A stretch of 64,000 nucleotides of DNA from an uncultured Actinomycetes bacterium (GTDB taxonomy: Bacteria; Actinomycetota; Thermoleophilia; Gaiellales; Gaiellaceae). Positions 38,427 through 46,054 of this stretch are shown here, piece by piece. The stretch is from contig CAVQJQ010000005.1 in NCBI GenBank assembly GCA_963712915.1, positions 178,859 to 242,858 on the forward strand, written 5' to 3'. Under the pieces are notes generated by a model. That model was not told the DNA's origin, did no database searches, and saw only the letters and a list, made by a program, of their open reading frames with translations. The position numbers and the translations under genes were made by a program. Numbering within the stretch: the stretch's first letter is position 1; the number at the start of each line of letters is the position of its first letter.

Positions 38427-39203
38427 GCCCTCTCCCGATCGGCCCGCGCGAGATCGTCTCGCTCGCCCGCTACCAGCGGCAGACCCGCGCGGTCGACGGC
38501 CCGCTCCTCGTCACCGGCGTGCTCGCGGAGCAGCTCGCACGCGAGCTCCGCGCGGGCGGCGATCCCGAGCTCGTGCGCACCGAAGGCGACCCATCCGGGG
38601 CTGCGGCGCTCGTACGGGTGCTCGCGGGGGCGGCGAGCGAGACGGACGAGGAGATGCTGCGTGCCGCCACCCGCGCGCTCGTGCCGGTCGTCGCGGTGCA
38701 GACCGCGGATGACCAGGTGGCGCTGCCGTACGTCCTCCCCGAGGACGTCGTGCCGTGCCGGCCGGGCTCCGGGTTCCCGACACGCGGAAATCGCTGACCG
38801 GCTCGCTGCGGGCCTCGGGGCCCAGGGGCCCGCGCTCGCCGCAGCGTTGCCCGTTCTGCGCCCGGCGGTCGAGCGCCGCAGGGCGCTCGACGGCGCCCTC
38901 TCCGCCGGCACGCTCGCGGCGCTCACCACCGGCGAGGGGTCCCACCTCCCTCTGCTCGCGCTCTCCCAGGCGCGGATGCTCTCCGACATCGCCTCCGCGG
39001 AGGGCGAGGCGGCCGGTGACGGCGACGGTCGGGTCGCCGCACAGACGCTGGCGACGACGCTCGGTGCCGCGCTCGCCGTCGGGTACGCGGCGCGCACTGC
39101 CGTGCGCCGGCTCCCGCGACGTGCCCGCGTTCTGGACGGGCTTGCCGCCGCCGGCGCCACGGCCGCCCTCGCGGCGGCGTTCCGGCGCCTCCCACGCCTC
39201 TAG
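38423..39203 (+). pseudogene. Hypothetical protein with a DUF697-like C-terminal half, and a +1 frame break at about 38780 (possible sequencing error)
   Basis: GTG 38423 overlaps the rodA stop (GTGA). The N-terminal 119 aa are in ORF 38423 (...VPCRPGSGFP). It continues as AEIADRLAAGLG...PLLALSQARMLSDIASAEGE...AVGYAARTAVRRLP in the frame of ORF 38661. Confidence 0.5.
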
Positions 39204-39271
39204 CCTGGCTCCGTCCGGCCCGGGTCCTACGATCGCAGTCGAATCACGGTCCCGACGATGCGGAGGTCGAG

Positions 39272-39463
39272 GTGCCCGAGACCGAGCTTGCAGAGGAGCT
39301 GCTCCAGATCGAGGAGGCGGACGCCTGGTTCGAGTACCTCGAGTCCACGCGCGGGCAGAGCGAGAGCCGCTACCAGGAGCTCGAGCCGTGGGCGTGGGCC
39401 CGCCTCTCGCAGCGGCTGCGCGCGGTCAGGGCCCGTCGGGCGCGGCTGCGGCCGGCCGCCTGA
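39272..39463 (+). CDS. Small acidic/basic hypothetical protein (63 aa)
   Basis: GTG start preceded by GGAGG. GC3 is high. MPETELAEELLQIEEADAWFEYLESTRGQ... No homology recognised. Confidence 0.5.
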   Translation: MPETELAEELLQIEEADAWFEYLESTRGQSESRYQELEPWAWARLSQRLRAVRARRARLRPAA

Positions 39464-39614
39464 GCGCGCGCTCGGTCGACGCGATCCCGAGTGCGGGGCG
39501 CACTGATAGCCTTGCCGTAGGCCATGGCCGCCACTTTCGACACCCGATGCTGCGCGAGGCCCGCCGCTGCCGCGGTCGTGCGCCCGCGCGCTCTGACACG
39601 AGGAGACACGATCC

Positions 39615-42455
39615 TTGCCCTGGTTCCGATTTCGACGACGCAAAGACGAGCACCCCGCGGAGAGCTCCGCGATCACGACACTCGAGGCGCCCGCTCCCGC
39701 TGAGGAGCCGGCGGCAGGCGAGCCCGACAGCACGACGACCGAGGGGGAGACGCCGCGGAAGCGGCGGCGGCGCGGCAGCCGCGGCGGCCGTGGGCGCCGC
39801 AAGACGGGCACGGCGGCGGACGGGGAGCCCGCTGCTGCGCAGAAGGCGTCCACGGCGAAGGACGAGCCCGAGAGGGAGCCGACGCGCGAAAAGGAAGGCC
39901 GCAAGCGGCAGGGGCAGTCTCGCCAGGGAGGCAGGGAACGTCGCCGCCAGCCGCAACGGCGCGCGCCGCTGCCGGCCGCCAAGCGCGAGCTCCTGATCAC
40001 GGTGGACGTCGGCGAGCAGCGCGTGGCGCTGCTCGAGGACGACCGCGTGGCCGAGGTCTACCTCGAGCGGCCCGAGCGGCGCTCGATCGCGGGGAACATC
40101 TACCTCGGCAGGGTCGACAACGTGCTCCCGGGGATGGAGGCCGCGTTCGTCGAGATCGGGCTCGAGAAGAACGGGTTCCTGTACGTCGACGAGATCGTCG
40201 TGCCCGAGCTCGAGGGCAAGCGCCACGGGAAGAAGATCACCGACCTGATCCAGCGCGGCCAGCAGATCCTCGTGCAGGCGGTGAAGGATCCGATGAAGAC
40301 GAAGGGCGCCCGTCTGACGACGGAGATCTCGCTGCCCGGCCGATTCCTCGTCTACGTGCCGAACGGCGAGGGCCTCGGCGTCTCGCGGCGGCTCGAGGAC
40401 TCCGAGCGGCAGCGTCTCAAGGCGCTGCTCGAGGACATCGCTCCGGCCGAGGGCGGGGTAATCGTCCGCACGGCCGCCGAGGGCGCCTCTGCCGAGGACG
40501 TCGAGCGCGACCTCGTGTTCCTCCAGCGCCTCTGGAAGACGATCCAGCAGCGCGCGAAGAGCGCTGCCGCGCCCGAGCTCGTGTACCAGGAGGCGGAGCT
40601 GCCGCTGCGGATCGTGCGCGACCTCTTCGCCGGCGACTTCGTCGCCGCACACGTCGACTCCGACCGCGCCCACAAGCGGATCGTCGGGTACCTGAAGAAG
40701 ACCTCCCCGCACATGATCGAGCGCGTCCACCGGACGAAGGACAAGGAGCCGCTGTTCGAGCGCTTCGGCGTCGAGCAGGAGATCGCGTCCACCCTCGACC
40801 GGCGCGTCGACCTGCCCTCTGGCGGCTACCTCGTGTTCGACTACGCGGAGGCGTTCACGGTCATCGACGTGAACACGGGCCGGTTCGTCGGCTCCCGCTC
40901 CAGGAGCTCCCAGCAGCGGCTCGAGGACACCGTCGTGAAGAACAACCTCGAGGCGGTGAAGGAGGTCGTGCGCCAGCTGCGCCTCCGGGACATCGGCGGG
41001 ATCATCGTGATCGACTTCATCGACATGGCGAACCCGAAGAACCGGCAGGCGGTCGAAGACGCACTGCGTCAGGAGCTGGAGCGGGATCGCACGAAGACCT
41101 ACGTGGTCGAGATCTCTCCGCTCGGGCTCGTCGAGATGACGCGCCAGAACGTCACCGACGGGCCGCGCGAGATCATGACCAGGAAGTGCCCGACGTGCGG
41201 AGGAGACGGGATCGTCGTCTCGGACGCGACGACCGCGCTCGAGATCGAGCGCAAGTTGCATGCGCTCGCAGCCGCGGGCGCAGGCTCCCGCGTGCAGGCA
41301 TACCGCGTCGCTCTCCATCCGAGGACGCTCGCCCTCGTCGCCGGCCCGGGGGGCTCGCGCCTCGCGGCGCTCGAGGAGCTCACCCGCCGTCGGTTCTACC
41401 TCGTACCGGTCGAGGGGCACGTCCACGGCGATCATTTCGAGGTCCTCGCGGAGGGCCGTCGTGACGACCTCGCGCCCACGGCGCCCGTCGAGGAGGGCGC
41501 CGAGGTCGAGACGAAGCTCGTCGAGATCGACCTCCACGACGGCACCGCCGCCGTCGGCAGGATCGACGGCTTCGACATCGTCGTCGCCGATGCGGCGAGC
41601 CGCGTCGGCAAGAAGGCGAAGGTCTCGATCGGCCGGGTGCTCGATGGTCAGGCGTTCGCGAGACTCGTCGGCGGAGCCGCGCCTGCGGCGGCGATCACGT
41701 TCGAGAGCGAAGCCGAGAAGCCCACGCGCGCTCCCGCCAAGCGGCGCGCGAGCGAGGCGAAACCCGAGGTGGCCGAGGCTACGGGCGACGAGCAGGCAAC
41801 GGACGAGTCGACGGACGACTCGGGCGACGCGGCCGAGGCCGGGGACGTGACGGACGCGCCGGGGGCCGCGCGCAAGCGCACGCGGCGTGGCTCCCGCGGA
41901 GGTAGGCGCCGCAAGAAGGCGACCGCCGGAGAGGGCGAGGCGACGACGACAGAGACCGCGGACGGCGACGGCCCGGCCGCGGAGGCCGCCGGCGACGAGA
42001 AGACGATGGGCGCCAACGGCGAGGGCGGTGCCGAGCGCGCCGCGGCCGATGCCGGGCAGAAGGCACGCGCCCCGAGGAAGCGCGCGCCACGGATCCACCT
42101 CCCCGCCGACGAGCGCGCAGGTGAGGAAGAGGCGCATCCTGCCGAGGACGGCGGCGCCCCGGACGCGCAGCAGCCGCCCGTCGAGGAGATCGCAGCGGTC
42201 GGCTCGGAACCCGTGGACGCCGGGGAAGCGAACGGGACACCGGAGGGCGACGGGGCGCGGCCGAAGAAGCGCACGCGCCGCGGGTCGCGGGGCGGCCGGA
42301 ACCGCAAGCGGAAGACGGCGGCCGACGCGACCGACGAGCAGCAGGGAGCGGTGGCGATCGACGAGCCCGAGCAGCCCGAGACCGCCGGATCGCAGCCCGG
42401 AACCGACGCGTACGTCCCGATGTCCGAATGGATCGACGACATCGAGTCGTCCTAG
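39615..42455 (+). CDS. rne: Ribonuclease E/G with Arg-rich N- and C-terminal extensions
   Basis: S1 domain GNIYLGRVDNVLPGMEAAFVEIG. Catalytic core VIDVNTGRF...GGIIVIDFIDM. Zn-link CPTCGGDG. TTG start after GAGGAG. 946 aa. Confidence 0.9.
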   Translation: MPWFRFRRRKDEHPAESSAITTLEAPAPAEEPAAGEPDSTTTEGETPRKRRRRGSRGGRGRRKTGTAADGEPAAAQKASTAKDEPEREPTREKEGRKRQGQSRQGGRERRRQPQRRAPLPAAKRELLITVDVGEQRVALLEDDRVAEVYLERPERRSIAGNIYLGRVDNVLPGMEAAFVEIGLEKNGFLYVDEIVVPELEGKRHGKKITDLIQRGQQILVQAVKDPMKTKGARLTTEISLPGRFLVYVPNGEGLGVSRRLEDSERQRLKALLEDIAPAEGGVIVRTAAEGASAEDVERDLVFLQRLWKTIQQRAKSAAAPELVYQEAELPLRIVRDLFAGDFVAAHVDSDRAHKRIVGYLKKTSPHMIERVHRTKDKEPLFERFGVEQEIASTLDRRVDLPSGGYLVFDYAEAFTVIDVNTGRFVGSRSRSSQQRLEDTVVKNNLEAVKEVVRQLRLRDIGGIIVIDFIDMANPKNRQAVEDALRQELERDRTKTYVVEISPLGLVEMTRQNVTDGPREIMTRKCPTCGGDGIVVSDATTALEIERKLHALAAAGAGSRVQAYRVALHPRTLALVAGPGGSRLAALEELTRRRFYLVPVEGHVHGDHFEVLAEGRRDDLAPTAPVEEGAEVETKLVEIDLHDGTAAVGRIDGFDIVVADAASRVGKKAKVSIGRVLDGQAFARLVGGAAPAAAITFESEAEKPTRAPAKRRASEAKPEVAEATGDEQATDESTDDSGDAAEAGDVTDAPGAARKRTRRGSRGGRRRKKATAGEGEATTTETADGDGPAAEAAGDEKTMGANGEGGAERAAADAGQKARAPRKRAPRIHLPADERAGEEEAHPAEDGGAPDAQQPPVEEIAAVGSEPVDAGEANGTPEGDGARPKKRTRRGSRGGRNRKRKTAADATDEQQGAVAIDEPEQPETAGSQPGTDAYVPMSEWIDDIESS

Positions 42456-42527
42456 GGGCGGCGCGGAGTTCGCTACAATCCGCCGCTCGCGGGCGCTGCC
42501 CGCGTTCCTCGTCCGAAGGCCCGAGCC

Positions 42528-43082
42528 ATGAGCTACGCGATCATCTCCGTCGGTGGCAAGCAGTACCGCGTCCGCGAGGGCCAGCGGCTGCTCGTCGACC
42601 GCCTGGCGCTCGACGACGGCGCGACGTTCGCGCCGACCGTGCTGCTCTCCGGAGGTGACGGCGAGGCCCAGGTCGCGCCGTCCGGGCTCGTGGTCACGGC
42701 CAAGGTCGTGGGCCAGGCGAAGGGCCCGAAGCTCCGGATCGGCAAGTACCGCAAGCGCACCGGATACAAGCGGCACACGGGCTTTCGCGCGTCGCTGACG
42801 CAGATCGAGATCGAGTCGATCGGCGGCTCCTCCGCGCGGACGGCCAAGTCGAAGCCGGCCGCGAAGACCGAGCCCGCGGCGGAAGCGTCGAGCGCGCCCG
42901 CGGCGGAGGCGCCCAGCGGGCTGCCGGCCGGATACGCTGACCTCACGGTCGCCGCTGTGAAGGAGGCCGCTGCCGGCTGGGACGCAGCGCAGCTCGCCGC
43001 CGCGCTCGACTACGAGCGGTCGCACGCAAACCGCAAGGGTGCTCTCGCGGCGCTCGAGTCCGCGAACAAGGAGGCCGAGTAA
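42528..43082 (+). CDS. rplU: 50S ribosomal protein L21 with an ~80-aa C-terminal extension
   Basis: [26 protein letters not shown]...[23 protein letters not shown], followed by an Ala/Pro-rich linker and a helical tail. Confidence 0.9.
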   Translation: MSYAIISVGGKQYRVREGQRLLVDRLALDDGATFAPTVLLSGGDGEAQVAPSGLVVTAKVVGQAKGPKLRIGKYRKRTGYKRHTGFRASLTQIEIESIGGSSARTAKSKPAAKTEPAAEASSAPAAEAPSGLPAGYADLTVAAVKEAAAGWDAAQLAAALDYERSHANRKGALAALESANKEAE

Positions 43083-43083
43083 C

Positions 43084-43344
43084 ATGGCACACAAGAAAGG
43101 TCTGGGCTCCTCGAAGAACGGACGGGACTCGCAGAGCAAGCGTCTCGGCGTGAAGATCTTCGCCGGTCAGGAGGTCAAGGCGGGGATGATCATCGTGCGT
43201 CAGCGCGGCACGCGCTTCCGCCCCGGGCCGGGCGTCGGGATCGGTCGTGACGACACGCTGTTCGCACTGCGCGAAGGCGTGGTCGAGTTCTCGCGCAGCG
43301 GCGACCGGCGGTCGGTTGCGGTCAACGCCGCGGGACCGTCCTAG
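43084..43344 (+). CDS. rpmA: 50S ribosomal protein L27
   Basis: [29 protein letters not shown]...[14 protein letters not shown] 43084 lies 1 nt after the rplU stop. Confidence 0.95.
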   Translation: MAHKKGLGSSKNGRDSQSKRLGVKIFAGQEVKAGMIIVRQRGTRFRPGPGVGIGRDDTLFALREGVVEFSRSGDRRSVAVNAAGPS

Positions 43345-43392
43345 CCCTCCCGCCGCTCGACGAGGCGTCCCCGGGCGGGGTAGCAGCGGATC

Positions 43393-44586
43393 GTGTTCCA
43401 CGACCGCGTCCGCATCATCGTCCGCTCGGGGAAGGGCGGCGACGGCGCGCTGAGCTTCCGGCGGGAGAAGTACGTCCCGAAGGGCGGCCCCGACGGGGGT
43501 GACGGCGGACGCGGGGGTGACGTCGTACTCGTCGTTGACCCCGCGTTGCGCGACCTGTCGTCCCTCCGCGGCCGGCGGGTGTTCTCCGCCGGGCGCGGCG
43601 GCGGAGGCCGGGGGACCCGGCGGCACGGAGCCGACGGCGATCCCGTCGAGATCCACGTCCCCTCCGGGACACAGGTACTCGGCGCCGAGGGCGAGCTCGT
43701 CGCGGATCTCGTCTCGTCCGCCGGTCGTGCGGTGGTCGCGACCGGGGGGCAGGGCGGCCGGGGGAACGCCCGGTTCGCGACGCCCAGCCGTCAGGCACCG
43801 CGGTTCGCGGAGACAGGCCTGCCCGGGGAGGCGCGCGAGCTCGAGCTGCGGTTGAAGCTCGTCGCCGACGCGGCGCTCGCTGGATTGCCGAACGCCGGCA
43901 AGTCGTCGCTGCTGCGGCGCATCTCGAACGCCACGCCCAAGGTGGCCGACTACCCGTTCACGACACTCCAGCCGGTGCTCGGCACCGTCGAGGCGCCGGA
44001 CGGCGCGCAGCTCACGGTCGTCGACGTGCCCGGCCTGATCGAGGGCGCCAGCACCGGCGTCGGGCTCGGACACGAGTTCCTCGCGCATCTGGAGCGGGCG
44101 CGGCTCCTCGTACACGTGATCGACGGCTCAGAGGGCGACGCCGACGTCCGCTTCCGGACGATCGACCGCGAGCTCGCCCTGTACGGCGCCGGTCTCGCCG
44201 ACCGGCCGCAGGTCGTCGTGCTGAACAAGGCCGACCTGTCCCCCGAGCCGGCGCCCTTCGGGATCGACGATCGGCGCGTCGTCGCGGTCCACCGCGTCTC
44301 GTGCGTCACGGGGGCAGGCATCGACGGGCTCCAGCGTGCGCTGTTCGCACTGTGCCCGGCGGCTCCCGAGCCGCCCGGCGACGGCGTCGACGTGCCGGAG
44401 TTCCTCGAGTACCGGCCGGCGCCGCCCGCCCGCAGCCGCTTCCGCGTCCTGCGCACCGACCGGGGCTTCCGCGTCGTGGGCGCGCCGCCCGAGGGCGAGG
44501 AGCTGGAGGAGGCGCTGCGCGCGGCCGGGGTCCGGCCCGGCGCGCTGGTCGAGATCGGCGACGAGGAGCTCGAATGGCAACCGTGA
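43393..44586 (+). CDS. obg: GTPase Obg/CgtA
   Basis: Obg fold GKGGDGALSFRREKYVPKGGPDGGDGGRGG. G1 GLPNAGKSSLL. G3 DVPGLIEGA. G4 NKAD. GTG start. Confidence 0.95.
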   Translation: MFHDRVRIIVRSGKGGDGALSFRREKYVPKGGPDGGDGGRGGDVVLVVDPALRDLSSLRGRRVFSAGRGGGGRGTRRHGADGDPVEIHVPSGTQVLGAEGELVADLVSSAGRAVVATGGQGGRGNARFATPSRQAPRFAETGLPGEARELELRLKLVADAALAGLPNAGKSSLLRRISNATPKVADYPFTTLQPVLGTVEAPDGAQLTVVDVPGLIEGASTGVGLGHEFLAHLERARLLVHVIDGSEGDADVRFRTIDRELALYGAGLADRPQVVVLNKADLSPEPAPFGIDDRRVVAVHRVSCVTGAGIDGLQRALFALCPAAPEPPGDGVDVPEFLEYRPAPPARSRFRVLRTDRGFRVVGAPPEGEELEEALRAAGVRPGALVEIGDEELEWQP

Positions 44587-44605
44587 CCACGTGCGCCGGC
44601 GCGCC

Positions 44606-45232
44606 GTGAGGATCGGGGTCTTCGGCGGCGCGTTCGACCCGCCGCAGCTCGGGCACGTCGCGCTCGCCCGCGCGGGAATCGAGCACTTCGACCTGGAGCG
44701 GCTGCTCGTCAGGGTGGTCGAGCACCCCGGGCACAAGGTCGTGGTGACCGCCCCGACGATCCGCCTGCGTCTCGCGCGCCTCGCGTTCGCGCCGCTCGAG
44801 GAGGCGGAGGTCGAGCTCGATCCGTACGCCCGGACGGTCGACTCCCTCGAGGCGCTCGGCCTCTCCGACCCGGTCTTCCTCGTCGGCGCCGACGAGCTCG
44901 CGTCGTTTCCCACGTGGAAGGATCCGGCCCGCGTGCTCGACCTCGCGACGCTCGGAGTCGCGACCCGCCCAGGGATCGACCGCGCGCGGCTCGCCGCGGT
45001 CGTGGACGCGCTCGAGCGTCCCGAGCGCGTCACGTTCTTCCCGCTCGAGCCGCTCCCGGTGTCGTCCTCCGAGATTCGCGCACGTGTCGCAGCGGGCGAG
45101 CCGATCGAGGCGTTCGTCCCGGCGCGGGTGGCCGAGGAGATCGCCCGGCTGGGCCTCTACCGCGCCGTTGAACCGGGTGGGGGCAGGGGTATGCTTGGTG
45201 GAGAACCGACCGAACGGACGACACCGACCTGA
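44606..45232 (+). CDS. nadD: Nicotinate-nucleotide adenylyltransferase
   Basis: RIGVFGGAFDPPQLGHVAL (GxFxPxHxGH), SSSEIR, EIARLGLYR. The alternative in-frame GTG at 44591 is also possible. Confidence 0.85.
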   Translation: MRIGVFGGAFDPPQLGHVALARAGIEHFDLERLLVRVVEHPGHKVVVTAPTIRLRLARLAFAPLEEAEVELDPYARTVDSLEALGLSDPVFLVGADELASFPTWKDPARVLDLATLGVATRPGIDRARLAAVVDALERPERVTFFPLEPLPVSSSEIRARVAAGEPIEAFVPARVAEEIARLGLYRAVEPGGGRGMLGGEPTERTTPT

Positions 45233-45582
45233 ACCCACTTCAACAGGCGCGCCGTATCGCCGCTCTCTGCGAGGAGAAGCTGGCGACCGACGTGACCATC
45301 CTCGATATGCGCTCGGTGTGCGACTACACCGACTTCTTCGTGCTCGCGACCGGCAGGAACCCCCGCCAGACGCACTCGATCCACGAGGAGGTGCTGGGCC
45401 GGCTCAAGGCGGAGAACCGTGTACTGCCCCGTTCGACGAGCGGCCTGCCCGAGGCAGCCTGGATCGTCGACGACTACCTCGACGTCGTCCTCCACGTCTT
45501 CACGCCCGAGACCCGCGCTCACTATCGGCTCGAGGACCTCTGGAACGACGTCCCGAAGCTCGAGGCCGCCGCGACCGCCTGA
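45229..45582 (+). CDS. rsfS: Ribosome silencing factor RsfS (start unresolved)
   Basis: LNPLQQARRIAALCEEKLATDVTILDMRSVCDYTDFFVLATGRNPRQTHSI...DYLDVVLHVFTPETRAHYRLEDLW. The conserved N-terminal helix precedes the first in-frame GTG (45292). Only a CTG (45229) is available in frame. ATG 45191 is in another frame, which suggests a further indel. Confidence 0.75.
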   Translation: MNPLQQARRIAALCEEKLATDVTILDMRSVCDYTDFFVLATGRNPRQTHSIHEEVLGRLKAENRVLPRSTSGLPEAAWIVDDYLDVVLHVFTPETRAHYRLEDLWNDVPKLEAAATA

Positions 45583-45590
45583 CGCTCTTT

Positions 45591-45885
45591 GTGGGCCACC
45601 GCTTGGTGCGGGTTCAGTGCAAGTGGGCGCCGCTCTATCGCAATGTCGTGGCCTCAGGCTGTGTTCCAGTCGCCGGACCGCGGCGGGGCTCTGCAGACGC
45701 CCGTACACCGCAGAGGGAGTCGACGAAATGGCGTTGTACTGCCAGGAGCTCGACCGCTGTTACCACGTACCGACGGAGCGCGTCGACGGCCACCACGAGC
45801 TCTCCTTCGCATCGAGCCCTGCCGCAACAACCAGGCAGAGGGGGTGGACTGGGCTGATGAGTTCGCTTTCGAGCGGATAGCATTG
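45591..45885 (+). pseudogene. Decayed remnant of a PD-(D/E)XK (group-I-intron-associated type) endonuclease gene: N-terminally truncated with two frame breaks
   Basis: Three consecutive frames carry the successive blocks GHRLVRVQCKWAPLYRNVV, then LRLCSSRRTAAGLCRRPYTAEGVDEMALYCQELDRCYHVPTERVDGHHELSF, then LRIEPCRNNQAEGVDWADEFAFERI. This matches my recollection of the RVQCKW...YCPELDRCY...RNNQ...INWA family. GC content is lower than the flanks. It ends 9 nt before tRNA-Ala. Confidence 0.6.
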
Positions 45886-45893
45886 CGCTCCCA

Positions 45894-45966
45894 GGGGCCG
45901 TAGCTCAGCTGGGAGAGCGTCGGCGTGGCACGCCGAAGGTCACGGGTTCGAGCCCCGTCGGCTCCA
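45894..45966 (+). tRNA. tRNA-Ala (anticodon GGC)
   Basis: Manual fold: acceptor stem GGGGCCG/CGGCTCC with the G3:U70 identity pair, A73, anticodon arm TCGGC-GTGGCAC-GCCGA, T arm CACGG-TTCGAGC-CCCGT. Confidence 0.85.
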
Positions 45967-46054
45967 TCGAAGCGGCTCTCGTTCTGCCGGAAGCCACCCC
46001 GTCGTCGCTGCTCCGAGCGGGGTGCAGCATCCCCCCGCTGCAGGGTCCGGCAGG

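Noticed and set aside
42456-42527. rplU leader or attenuator: a GCGGGC-GCT-GCCCGC hairpin at 42489-42503 and a TACAAT box at 42474-42479
   Set aside because: The 6-bp stem has a 3-nt loop, no U-tract and no matching -35. The evidence is too weak to call a regulatory RNA or a promoter.
39426-43139. 1237-aa minus-strand ORF opposite rne and rplU
   Set aside because: It is an Arg/Gly/Leu-rich shadow frame, whereas the plus strand encodes unmistakable RNase E and L21. Other long antisense ORFs were rejected for the same reason, for example 32027..34231, 10191..11786, 17166..19109, 25541..26773 and 55352..56803.
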